Shown: positions 37,346 through 48,340 of the stretch, piece after piece
How positions within the stretch are numbered: position 1 is the first letter of the stretch
Layout: every line of letters starts with the position of its first letter
Origin: Sphyrna mokarran
Taxonomy: Eukaryota
NCBI GenBank assembly: GCA_024679065.1
Contig: JAGIQG010000024.1
Location: 32,984,001 to 33,048,000 of the forward strand
Direction of reading: 5' to 3'
Length of the DNA stretch: 64,000 nucleotides
Made by a program: the position numbers and the translations under genes
The notes under the pieces: model-generated
What the model saw: the letters and a program-made list of their open reading frames with translations, nothing else
Databases searched by the model: none
What the model was told of the DNA's origin: nothing

Positions 37346-37779
37346 CATAAATTTCAGTATTCGACACAAGATTGTACTGTTGCTTCCCATCACAACTCAG
37401 TTCTGTGACATTGCACTGTGGTTACATACATCAGTATCAGGTGGTTCTGATGTTAACCTTTCACTCTTCATCTCTCTCTAAGACACTCCTTTTGAATGGT
37501 GAGAGTATGCAACTCATTCTCAATCTTGAAATAAAATCAGGAACTGATTGTGGAGATTAGTCAAGGCAAGACAAAGACTAACCCCACGAAGGCTGTACAT
37601 TTGAGGAGAGATGTAGCACAATGTATATAATTTGGATAAAACCTTGTGGGGGTGGAAGTGGGGGAGAGATGAAGGGTAAAAAAGTTATCAGCACCACCTG
37701 TAACTACAATGCAATGTCACATGACTGAGTTCTGGTAGGAAGCAGCAGTACAATCTTGTGTCGAGCACTGACATGTATG
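37346..37779. repeat. Inverted repeat: arms 37346-37476 and 37664-37779
   Basis: tcgacacaagattgtactg / cagtacaatcttgtgtcga; tgtgacattgca / tgcaatgtcaca. Confidence 0.9.
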
Positions 37780-37784
37780 GTTTC

Positions 37785-38353
37785 TCTCTAGCGAGAAAAA
37801 CATCTGCTCCCCAGGATACAGTTGTATTGGCCTTTCGAGTAGATCTGGAGGCCATTGAGGCCCCCTTGGAGGCCAAAGGCAAGGGCGTGTCCGTTGGGCA
37901 GTACCCAAGTGGAGTGCCAGTCTGGTATCTTGACACTGCCAGCCTGGCACCTTGGCAATGCCCCCTGGTACCATGGCACTGCCTGCTGAGCAGTGATGGG
38001 AGTGAGGCCTGAAGTGGAATGGCCTATAGGGGCGGGGCTTGAATGGGGCAGAACCTATGGAGTGGGTACTGGAGGGAAGGAGGTGGGGAACCACTGTATG
38101 CTCTGCCTGAGATTGGTGGGGGAGGGAGGGGACCCTGTTGCTGCTCTTCTTGTCATCGGTGGGGGGAGGGAGGGGATTAGTTTCACAGCTTTCTTCACAG
38201 GCAATAAGTTCGAGGTATGATGGGTTCAAATCCCTCACCCACCACTATTCCAAGGAAGATTGTATTGCGTTCTTGAAGTGATGGGACCTATTACCACCTC
38301 CTGGAAATGCAAATCGTGACTGCACCCATTCCACGACAGTTGAAAATCCAGCC
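37785..38353. mobile_element. Non-autonomous Harbinger-type element (TGCCA/TGGCA-rich)
   Basis: GC-rich with repeated tgccag/ctggca; ends gaaaatccagcc; similar to 62130-62670. Confidence 0.4.
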
Positions 38354-38676
38354 TTATGTATAACATATTATCCATTTTATCACTTGGAGTATCTCAATTA
38401 GATCACCTCTTGTAATAACTCAGGAAGCCAACTGGAAAGAAACAATATTTAATTCCTAAACAAAAAGTTAAATCACAACCCTGTGGTGAATATACTTGAA
38501 TCCTGTCCAGAACAATAATTCAATGGATCCACTGAGAGGTTCACCTTATCAAGGGCTCAGCTGGTAATCATTATTACTATGACATCTCATTTTCCACAAG
38601 TCCACAGGGAGGTCAATTACGGATTCCCCATCTAAGTCCTGAGGGTTATCACACCCTCTTGCCTATCATTTATCAT

Positions 38677-38978
38677 GGGTGGCACAGTGATTAGCACTGC
38701 TGCGTTACAGTGCCAGAGATTCAGCTTTGATTCCTGGTTTGGGTTATTGTCTGTGCAGAGACTGCACGTTCTCCTCACGTCTGTGTGGGTATACTCTGAG
38801 AACTCTGGATTCCTCCCACAATCTGAAAGACACACTGGTTAGGTCTATTGGCCATGCTAAATTGTCCCTCAGTGTAACTGAACAGGCACCAGAGTGTGGC
38901 GACTAAGGGATTTTCACAGTAACTTCATTTACTACAAGTAGTAAACCTACTTGTGACACTAATAAATAAACTGTAAAA
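38677..38978 (+). mobile_element. V-SINE with Rex1-like tail, full length
   Basis: gaacaggcaccagagtgtggcgactaagggattttcacagtaacttc...cctacttgtgacactaataaataaact. Confidence 0.88.
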
Positions 38979-39269
38979 CAATGAACCTGCAGGGATGGCC
39001 TAATTTTTTAAATTTTGGAAAGCTTCCAGCAGAGTTCCTGTTTGTCTTGAAAAGCCCACTTCTGGGATGTGGGCATAGTTACTTCAGGTGAGGGAGCAGA
39101 GCCAGTTTCCCTTCCGGGCAAATTAAGAACCTTTTTGTTGAAATTTGAAAATCAACACAAGGAAAATAATCAATCGAATCACAACCAAATACACATGGAG
39201 AAGTGAAATTTTAAATCTTCCCACCACTGCAAAACTGTCGAGGAAATCTACTGAGAGCACCGAAACAGA

Positions 39270-39740
39270 TTTTGTTTTAAAGTCACAAATGATATTTTCC
39301 ATATCTGTGGAAAACCTTCCCTTTTTATCCTTCTTGACCAGCCTGCAGCTTTTGACATAGTTGACCGCAACATTCTCAACCAAAACTGCTCTATTGTCAT
39401 CTAGTTGGACTTCCATTCTTACTAAATGTAGTCAAAGTATCAATTTTCTATTCCTTCTCCTACACTCCTTCCTCTGCTGTCCTTCAAGGACCTATCTTTG
39501 GCCACCTTCCGTTTCTCATCTACATTCTGCCCTGAGGCAAAATCATCTGAAAGCATTGCATTGTTTTTTTTCTGTATGCTAACAGCAACTATCTCCACCT
39601 CACTGCCACTTCTCTCTCTCTTCACTATTGCCAAATCGTCCGACTGTTAATCCAATATCCAACTTCGCCAAGCCTAAGTGAAGTATTATTTCAATCCCTG
39701 TCCCCAACTGCATTCTTTAGTTGCTAACTCCGTCCCTATC
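39270..39740 (+). mobile_element. L2-clade LINE RT fragment
   Basis: Degenerate LLDxxAAFDIVD and QGPIFG..FLIYILP motifs. Confidence 0.7.
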
Positions 39741-39742
39741 CT

Positions 39743-40050
39743 GGGGCAGCATGGTGGCGTAGAGGTTAGCATCACTGCATCACAGTGCCAGGGACTGAGT
39801 TCAATTCACTTCTTCGCAAAGCACCCAGATTGGATCGCTGTCTGTGCAGAGCCTGCACGTTCTCCCCACGTCTGCTCGGGTTTCTTCCAGGTACTCCGTT
39901 TTTCTCCCACAGTCCAAAAGATGTGCTGGTTATGTGAATTGGCCATGCTAAATCCAACTAGGGAATTTTCACAGTAACTTCAATGCAGTGTTAATGTAAG
40001 TCTGCTTGTGACACTAATAAATAAAAAGCAAATAAATAAACATAAAACTT
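39743..40050 (+). mobile_element. V-SINE with Rex1-like tail
   Basis: cagtaacttcaatgcagtgttaatgtaagtctgcttgtgacactaataaataaa. Confidence 0.85.
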
Positions 40051-40108
40051 ACACGAATACTCGTCTTTTTCAACTGTATTTTCTTTGAGACAGGCTCAGC
40101 ATATTTAT

Positions 40109-40231
40109 GGATAGGATCTACTGGCCGCGCTCACCCAAAACTTGGAAAATCCCACCAAGATCAACGGTCCTTTGCTCAGTTTCCCCACCCGCTACAATTC
40201 CCGTGGAAAGCAGGACAGGAAAATTTTACCC
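40109..40231. mobile_element. Harbinger-type MITE
   Basis: Reverse-orientation relative of 42547-42672; ends ggaaaattttaccc; tat/tat flanks. Confidence 0.55.
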
Positions 40232-41637
40232 TATGTGTATTGGTGTGTGCGTGCGTGTGCACATGTATGTGTGTGCATGTGTGTGTGAGAGAGGTAGGTA
40301 GAAAAATGAGTGAGCAACGTCATATTAGATTTTCAGGGTAAATTGCATGAATAAGTAAACCTCTTAATTTAAATCCATTAAATGTTATTGCTGGTTATTT
40401 ACAATGACCATACAGTTAACGAAGAAACACATACTCCTTTAAAAAAGACATACATTGATTAGAGGGTGTACAGGAAGGAAATATGAATTTTCAGTTCTCT
40501 CCCATCCCTGTCTCTACCAACAACAAATATAGCATAACAGAGCATTGTTTTTTCAGATGACAAGTTTTATAAAAGATGCTGGATGGCATTGATGATACAC
40601 ATGGCCATCTGTGCTTCTAATATGAATCTCCTGGTACACATAAATCAGAAGATCTACTCATTTTGACATGGGCATGTATCAACAGAACTGAAAAGTGCAA
40701 TTGAATGTAAAATACCCTGGTTGCCTTAATTTTATCACAGTTCACTCACCTCCCTCTGAATGAAGGATGAAGGGGACTTAACAGGATAGGACTTTCAGAC
40801 ATAATGGTAACTATTGATTCTACTGAGAAAATGAAGGGTATTCACAAAATTCACAATTCAAGGGCCAATGATACCTTCTACAGTATTTACCCCTGCAAAA
40901 CTATCCAAGATAGGCTAAACTAATGTTTCTTCTAAATTGTCAATGTATTGACTGATCACAATTAAGAGTTTTACATGATAGTTCAAACGTCTTGCTACAG
41001 TTTCAAGAAAGTTCCGTGCATTTATTCACAATGTTTCTTGTACCACGTTTTCTGTGTGTTCCTGTCTGTTACCTTGAGCTACTTGTTAGCTCTCTTCCAG
41101 ATGCAGTTTGTTTTTCCATCCTTGGTTTTGTCTTAGTCCTCTGGTTAGTACTTTTCCTGACCTCACAGATAGTGTCATGGTATTGTCACCAGACTAACAT
41201 TCCAGAAGGCCAAGCTAATTCACTAGGATTGTAGGTTCAAATCCCTTCAGAACAATAAGAATCACACTTAACTGCTTTCTGAAGTGGCCGAGCAAGTCAT
41301 TCAGTTAAAGGCAAATAGGTATGGCAACAAAAGTGTTTTCTTAGTGATGCCTGCATCTCACAGAATAATTTATAAAGAAATACATCAAGTATTCCATGCT
41401 CCATTATTTTCTCTCCATTAGTTTTACACATGCACCATAGAAAGCATCCTTTCCAGATGTATCACAGCTTGGTATTGCTCCTGCTCTGACAACAAACTAC
41501 AAAGGGTTGAGAACGAAGCCCAGTCCATCACACAAACCAGCCTCCCATCCACTGATTCTGTCTACACGCCCTGCTGCCTCGAGAAAGCAGCCAGCATAGT
41601 CAAGGACCCCACACACCCCAGACATATTCTCTTCCAC

Positions 41638-41781
41638 AAGAGAGAAAAGAGCTGATGTTTTGTCATCTGGATTCAAAGCGTCAGCTCTTTTCCCTCCTTA
41701 CTGATGCTTCTGGACCTGCTGAGATTTACCAATTTTTTTTCTTTTGCTTTCAGATTTCGGCATCTGCAGTTATTTGCTTTT
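41638..41781 (+). mobile_element. Penelope terminal fragment with 5' inverted segment and 14-bp flanking duplication
   Basis: atattctcttccac at 41624-41637 and 41782-41795; gaaaagagctga / tcagctcttttc hairpin. Confidence 0.8.
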
Positions 41782-41837
41782 ATATTCTCTTCCACCTTCT
41801 TCTAGTTAGAAAAAGATACAAAAGTCTAAAACCACGA

Positions 41838-42455
41838 AAGCTTCAAGTTTTTAGGTGTCCAGGTCACGAACAACCTGTCCTGTCCCACGTGCCAACATTA
41901 TAGTTAAGAAAACCGACTAACACCTCTACTTTCTCAAAAGACTAAGGAAATTTGGCATGACAGTTACAACTCTCATCAACTTTTACAGATGCACCATAGA
42001 AAGCATCCTTTCTGGTTGTGTATCACAGCTTGGTACGATCTCTGCTCTGCCCAAGACCGCAAGAAACTACAAAAAGCAGTGAATAAAGTCCAATCCATTG
42101 CGCAAACCAGCCTCCCATCCATTGATTCTGCCTATACTTCTCACTGTCTTGCATAATTAAGGAACCAACTCGCCTCGGACGTTCTCTTTTCCACCATCTT
42201 CTGTTGGGAAAAAGATACAAACATCTGAGGTCATGTACTAACCAACTCAAGAACAGCTTCTTCCCTGCTGCCATGAATGGACCTACCATGAAGTCCATTT
42301 TTCTCTACACCCTAGCTCTGACTGTACTTCTGTACTCTCGTTTCCTTCTTTACAAATGGTATGCTTTTTGTCTGTATAGCACACAAGAAACAATACTTTT
42401 CACTATATGTTCATGCATGTGACAATAATAAATCAAATCAAATTAAATCAAAATC
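41838..42455 (+). mobile_element. Rex1 copy B nested in copy A
   Basis: SFKFLGV, LYFLKRLRKFG, FYRCTIESILSGC peptides; ORF 42204 GKRYKHLRSCTNQLKNSFFPAA; tail tgtgacaataataaatcaaatc. Confidence 0.9.
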
Positions 42456-42546
42456 AAAAATACCTTCTTCTCTGCTGCCATCAGACTTTTGAATGGATCT
42501 ATCTTATATTAAGCTGATCATTCTTTTCACCCACCTGCAACACTAT

Positions 42547-42672
42547 GGCCAGAATTCTACAGTCCCACCTGCCACACCAATTGGAGCAGGCGAGGGGCAG
42601 ATTGTACAAAGGTCCATTGATATTCGACAAGATTTTATGATTTTGGGACAAGCGAAGCCATAAAATCCCACC
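42547..42672. mobile_element. Harbinger-type MITE in a Rex1 tail
   Basis: ggccagaattctac...ataaaatcccaccc; 3-bp near-TSD tat/ttt. Confidence 0.6.
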
Positions 42673-43424
42673 CTTTATTCTGCACTCTTTCCTTTTCTTC
42701 TCCTTTATATACGCTGTAACTGGTATGTTTTATCTGTATAGCGTGCACAAGAACAATACTTTTGACTGTATCCCAATATATGTAGCAATAATAAATCAAG
42801 TTTCACTCCCTAAATATTAATGTCATTGAATGATAAGCCAAGTGGCCTCCTTCTGCTCTTCTGCCTTATGACTATAGTGCAATAAATTGCCAATAAATTA
42901 TGAAAAAAAAATTAAAATATAGGCAAACAATGGATGTTCTATTAAAATCATTTGTTTTGAAAGTTGCTATTAATTTACATTGCTCCCACTCTTACAATAT
43001 CCTACTCAAGCTGCATTGTAAGTTTGAAAAACGGTCAGTATTTTTCCATTTCTACCTCAACCTTTGAAATAAAACAATGGAAAAGTTCATATAAGATCAC
43101 ATTAAAACTAAATTTGGCAATAAAATATGAGTGGGTCTAAGCATCATAATCTTATAAACACTGAGTTTTGATCAATAATCTTTAGTGTAGTGTCCTGCTG
43201 TTTTATCTGTTTTCTTTAAGAATTTCATATGAGGCTTTGAAAATGACTCCGACATTGGGTTTTCCATCATTGCCCATAGAAACAGGAGAATGTCAGGCTT
43301 AACTCGACAGCAAGATGATTCTAGTTCTTCCATTCAGCAGACATTCACTGCCCCCATCATAGGAGCTACTATTTCTTCAATGATTTCCAAATCTTTGTAT
43401 CCTGTACCATATTACAAGTTCATT

Positions 43425-43525
43425 GTCCTGAATAAGAGTCATATGGATTGGAAATGGGGTTAACTATGTTTCTCCTCCACAGATGCTGCCAGACCTGCTG
43501 AGGCTTTCTGACATTTTCTGTTACT
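43425..43525 (+). mobile_element. Penelope terminal repeat with decayed hammerhead core
   Basis: CTGAATA-agagtc-atatg-gattg-GAAA, then ctccacagatgctgccagacctgctgag. Confidence 0.7.
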
Positions 43526-43834
43526 ATGACAAGTTAATTCTCACTCGTTGGGCAGCATTTAATGGATCACCTGGGAGTAGACTGGGAGGTATGAGCTGCT
43601 CCACCATGTGGAGAGATCATTCAGGAAAACATGAAGATCTCACTGCTGTCCTGGAACCAAGATAGATGGGGTTGGAGTCACCAAATTCAGTCAGAAAGGC
43701 CCCATTGAGGGGATGTTATTGGTGAGAGGGGTGAGTTGGTTCATTTCTAAGGGGTTAATTTCCAGATCAGGTACCCTGTCACCCCACCAGATACTCCTCG
43801 TGGGCAATGCCTAATACCACAGAAAGAACAACAC

Positions 43835-44200
43835 ATAAGACCATAAAGCCATAAGATACAGGCACGGAATTAGGCCATTCAACCCTTTGAGTCTGCTCCA
43901 CCATTCAATAATAACTGATATGATTCTCATTTCCATTCTCTTGCATTCTCCCCATAACCCTTGGTCTCCTTATTGATCAAGAAACGATCTACATCTGTCT
44001 TAAAGAGGCCTCCACAGTCCTCTCTAATAATGAGTTCCACAGATTTCCTATTCTCTGGCTGAAAAAGATCCTGCTCACCTCAGTTTTAAAAGAACATCCT
44101 TTCATCTGAAGTTTTTCCCTTGATTTCTCATCTCTCCCACTAGTGGAAACATCCTCTTCACGTCCATTCTATCTAGGCCTCTCAGTATTCTATATACTCT
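43835..44200 (-). mobile_element. CR1 3' tail
   Basis: cataagaccataaagccataagatac..ggccattc; gagttccacagattt. Confidence 0.8.
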
Positions 44201-45696
44201 ACTACGTACTGAGTTGTGAGGCTTCTTGCTGTGTTTGCCTCAGTCCAACACTGGCATCTCCACACCCTAAGTATTCTTCACCGATAACATCCCCTCACTG
44301 GGGGAAGATCTGGCTAACCCTGGTGGGCTTCTTTCCCATTTGCCTTAGTTGCAAGATGACACGTACGGTGCTGCTGTGGGAGGGATGCACTCCAAAGAGC
44401 AGGTATCTTTCCATGAGTCACATTGGAAACTGAAGATCTGCTGATCCTCTGACTGGCTAGCAGTTCTGGGAGTTGTTTGCTCCACCCAAGAAGGAATGGG
44501 AGCCCTGGTGCTGGCTGTTAATTGCCTGATCGGCATATAATTTGGAGCAGGGCTCTTGCAAACAACTAATGTGTCACTGCACTTGCCTTTGTAGCCCAAT
44601 GTCAGAGTCAATGCTATCTCAACAAAATTTAGCCCTTTCTCTGAAAAAATGTCCTGATTTGCATGATAAATTTATCTTCGCCAATTTGAACATGAATCTT
44701 TTTGGATACATTTTATTAATGTTCTGAACTCACATTTTGTAAGGCATTTACTAAGTTATGGAAGTTTGTGATATCTCTTTAATAATCACCCGCAGGGCTA
44801 TTAGGACTTCTGATTTTTATCTCAAAATATGCACATAATGTTATTCTCTGAAGGGACTCTGAAATATGAATGATTCTCGACAGTAATGATGAGCAAATGT
44901 TGTTATTGCAGCCTTGTAATGAATTACTCTTAATACCAAAGCAAAATACTACAGGTGTGGGAAACCAGAACAATCTTGGGCCATAACTTCGTCAGAGTGG
45001 CAATCAGCTCAACACTTAACCCGATATTGACCATGGCCAATTCCACAACTTGTTGAAAATGCAGTTCCATATCTAGCCTTCATTTTGTACATTTCATGGG
45101 AGGCAGTAAGTTACAGTCACAATTTCAGCTCCCACACACCCTCACCATGATTGTCCTTCCTCCTCCTTGTTGAAGGATACCCACAAGCCATTTCATCACT
45201 CTATAAATTTGAAAGGCAAAGGAAAACATGAAATAAAAATGATACAAGAATTCAATTGCCAGTCAGTTTTGGGATTCACGTTGAGCCAAATCATTGAGCA
45301 AATCATTGAGTGGAAAACAGACACCAATGGAGAAGATGGGCCTGTTTAAAGTCTGGCAATTTTGGGCCATATTTTTGATTGTGTAATTTGAATTTCCCTG
45401 GTGATGTTAAATTAGACAGCTGCGGATTTATTACTAAAGATCTAACTAGATGGAATTTTCTTGAGAGAGTATGGATCTTCCTCCCATCATCCCCCCTACC
45501 CCCCACCCCCTTCACTGTCCAACCCCCACCTTCTTCCCATTCCAATGCAGGAGCAAACTGCCAGTGATGAGGAAAAATTATAAAATTGAGTGCCATACCC
45601 AGAGAACCACACCCATCATTTACCAACCTCTGTCAGTATGTTACCTGTGTGTCTAGAAACATTGCTCCTCTTTGGTGAGGGCTGTCTGTAGTCTCA

Positions 45697-45828
45697 GCAG
45701 TAAGAAATCCCACAAAATCAGTTTAAAGTCCAAACAGGCTACAAAAAAACCTATTTGGACTTTAAACTGGTGTTGTGGGATTTCTTCCTGTTTTACCCCA
45801 GTCCAACGCTGGCATCTCCACATCATGA
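45697..45828. repeat. Palindromic Penelope-terminus element
   Basis: aagaaatcccacaa..cagtttaaagtccaa / ttggactttaaactgg..ttgtgggatttctt; tail ends catctccacatcATG. Confidence 0.75.
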
Positions 45829-46269
45829 CATCCCAGCAGTAGCCAGAGCTCCTGGTGGCACTCTGTAGCTCAAAAGCACCCGGCTATTTGATAGATCAAG
45901 GAACAAGGTGGGGCATACACTGGCTCACATGCAACAGTCTGTTTTAGGATAGCTCACAGACTGAGTGATAGATCATACAGGTTCTCTAAAAGGGGCGGTT
46001 ATAGGTGGGGAAAAGATGCCACCTCACCATCGAGTCACTCTCTCCTGTAACAACTGGTGTTGCTTTGCCTGCCTCCCATGCATCCTGAAGCCTAAGGTGG
46101 ATACCTAAATGGCCTGACTGAAAGATCATTTCTTAGGTAACTGCTGAAAGGTGTCCAATGAACTGGTATAGTTAAACATTCACAGAGAAGTGCCAGGAAA
46201 ATAAATATTTGAGTGTTGGGGAAATCTTTAAAGAATTTTTCAAAACGTTTCCTGGTATGTTTCAAAAGT

Positions 46270-46575
46270 TACAGAATCTATACATTGCAGGAGGAGGTCA
46301 TTTGGCCTTTCGAGCCTACACCGACATTAATCCAACCCAGGTTCTGTCCCAGTACTCCCTGCCAATCCCCTGATAATAAGGGACAAGTTAGTATGGCCCA
46401 TCAATCTAACATGCACATCTTTGGACTATGGGAGGAAACTGGAGCATCCAAAGGAAACCCATGCAAGCATGGGGAGAATGTGTGTGGAGTTTGCACGATC
46501 AGTCACCCAAGGTTAAAATCCAATCCTGGCCACTGACACTGTGAGGCAGCAGTATTCACTGTGCCACCATGCTAC
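46270..46575 (-). mobile_element. HE1-like V-SINE
   Basis: tgcacatctttggactatgggaggaaactggagc. Confidence 0.88.
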
Positions 46576-47509
46576 TCCAAGTACTCCTTTTGTCCTCCAA
46601 CAGCAACAGAACAGTAAAAGATAATACACCTTTAAGCTGCATTTAAAATATTTAGCAACGTTGAATTTAATCCCAGCTGATCACTGTTGGAAGGTAACCT
46701 CCGGCTTTCAACAAAAAAGGTGAGAGCAGCCCCAGAAATGAATGTTAACTGGCAATTTATGTAACAATTCGCATGATTCACAAGATTCACACCACCAAAA
46801 TAGTATCTTGGCCATTTTGCAGTGTTTTGATACCTAAAATATGTGGGGAAGGTCACCTTTAAAGACAGGTCATACAGGTTCTTTTAAAATTTTTGACCAA
46901 GATTCATGAAAAAGAAGGGTGGTAAAGCCAAACGTTGAAGAATTTAAAAATCCTCTGAACCTGTAAATACGATCTGTGCCCAAAATGTTCTTATCCTTTA
47001 AATAGTTGCTGCAATATGTCCAACCGAACAGGTGTTTATTTTTCAATTTACTGTGTACAATACCTTAGTGTGATATTGTAAAGTACTGCAGGATTGTCTT
47101 AGAACCAACAGATTGTCACAGCATCCAGCTGCCATTTGCGACAGAATCTGCTATAAATCACAAGAAATTCCAAGCAGATTGCTTCTATTTCAGGACTACT
47201 TTTTAACAAGATCAATGAGATCCTGTCAAATAATAATACAAGGCTATGAGAGGCCCCAGTGAATGAAATGCTTTACACCTCTGTATTTGCTTTTTTCTCA
47301 GTCAATATAATAAAGAATCTCTCTTGAAAATGCGCTGGGCAAAGTGTTGAGGTCCATCCCATTCTGACAGAGTGGGACAGGTGTAAAATTGGCTGGATAG
47401 GCCAGATCCTCATCCATCATTAACACAGAAAATAGAAACAAAAATGGGTCGATGGGCCGATCTTACCTGTCGTTCACACCACACTACCCCTGCAGAGGGA
47501 AGTACAAAT

Positions 47510-47720
47510 CTACGATGAAGCCAATGTAGATTATCAGAAAACAGCATATGGTTCACTAATGTCCTTTATGGAAGGAAATCTGCCATCCTTACTTGGTTTG
47601 ACCCTATCTGTGATCTCCAGCAATGTGGTTAACTCTTAACTATCTGAGTGTAACTAGTGGTGGGCAATAGATACTGACCAGCCAGTGATGCCCATGTCCC
47701 ACGAATGAATAATAAAACAT
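47510..47720 (+). mobile_element. Second-family tRNA SINE, 3' part
   Basis: ggttcactaatgtcctttatggaaggaaatctgcc...gccagtgatgcccatgtcccacgaatgaat. Confidence 0.75.
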
Positions 47721-48194
47721 AAATGTGGCAGATTTAGTCATCAGATCCCTGGATATTTGAAGGTAGTATTGTCTTTTGATCATCTGGAGGTATGTATGAC
47801 AAGCATCTCTTGTACACTTGCAATACTCAACTGTTCTGTGAGTCTCAGCTTCTGGGAGTGAAAGGTGTCTTTGCTGCCCCTCTCATGAGGGCGAGGGTCT
47901 TTCTTTTGGTGAGACTGGTACCAATGTGCGAATCTTCTCTGCCTTTGATATTTCCTGGATGCCAGCATGAATGCAACATTAGACCTACCACCCATCACCT
48001 TCTTTAGAGGAATATTAAATAGAACAATTCCAGCAATTAACTTTGTCAAACTCCTGAAGAATTCTATATATTACAATGAGATCGTCACCTGTTCTCTTAA
48101 ATTCGAGTAGGCCTCGTCTACTCCAATCTCTCCTATTCTGACAGCCCCAGCTCAGGAGTTAGGGAACATTTGTTGTACTCCTTTGAAAGCAATA

Positions 48195-48340
48195 TGAACT
48201 GTTGTTGTAAGAAGTTGCATCTTTGTAGAAACTTGATATCTGTGTTGATATGCATGATCTTCTTACAGGTCTTCTGCACTTGGAGCTGACAGTTTGTGGT
48301 GTCAATGGCAGCCATGACATGGAAATATGAACTGTTGTCA
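48195..48340 (-). mobile_element. Penelope-like ORF N-terminal fragment
   Basis: MAAIDTTNCQLQVQKTCKKIMHINTDIKFLQRC; the upstream leader matches the tail of the palindromic elements. Confidence 0.65.

Larger units (their letters stand above)
41422..42800 (+). mobile_element. Rex1 copy A, split by a PLE, a second Rex1 and a MITE
   Basis: Pieces 41422-41637, 41782-41836, 42456-42546 and 42673-42800 join into one Rex1 3' end. Confidence 0.8.

Noticed and set aside
40240-40295. (GT)n-like tract
   Set aside because: Ordinary degenerate microsatellite.
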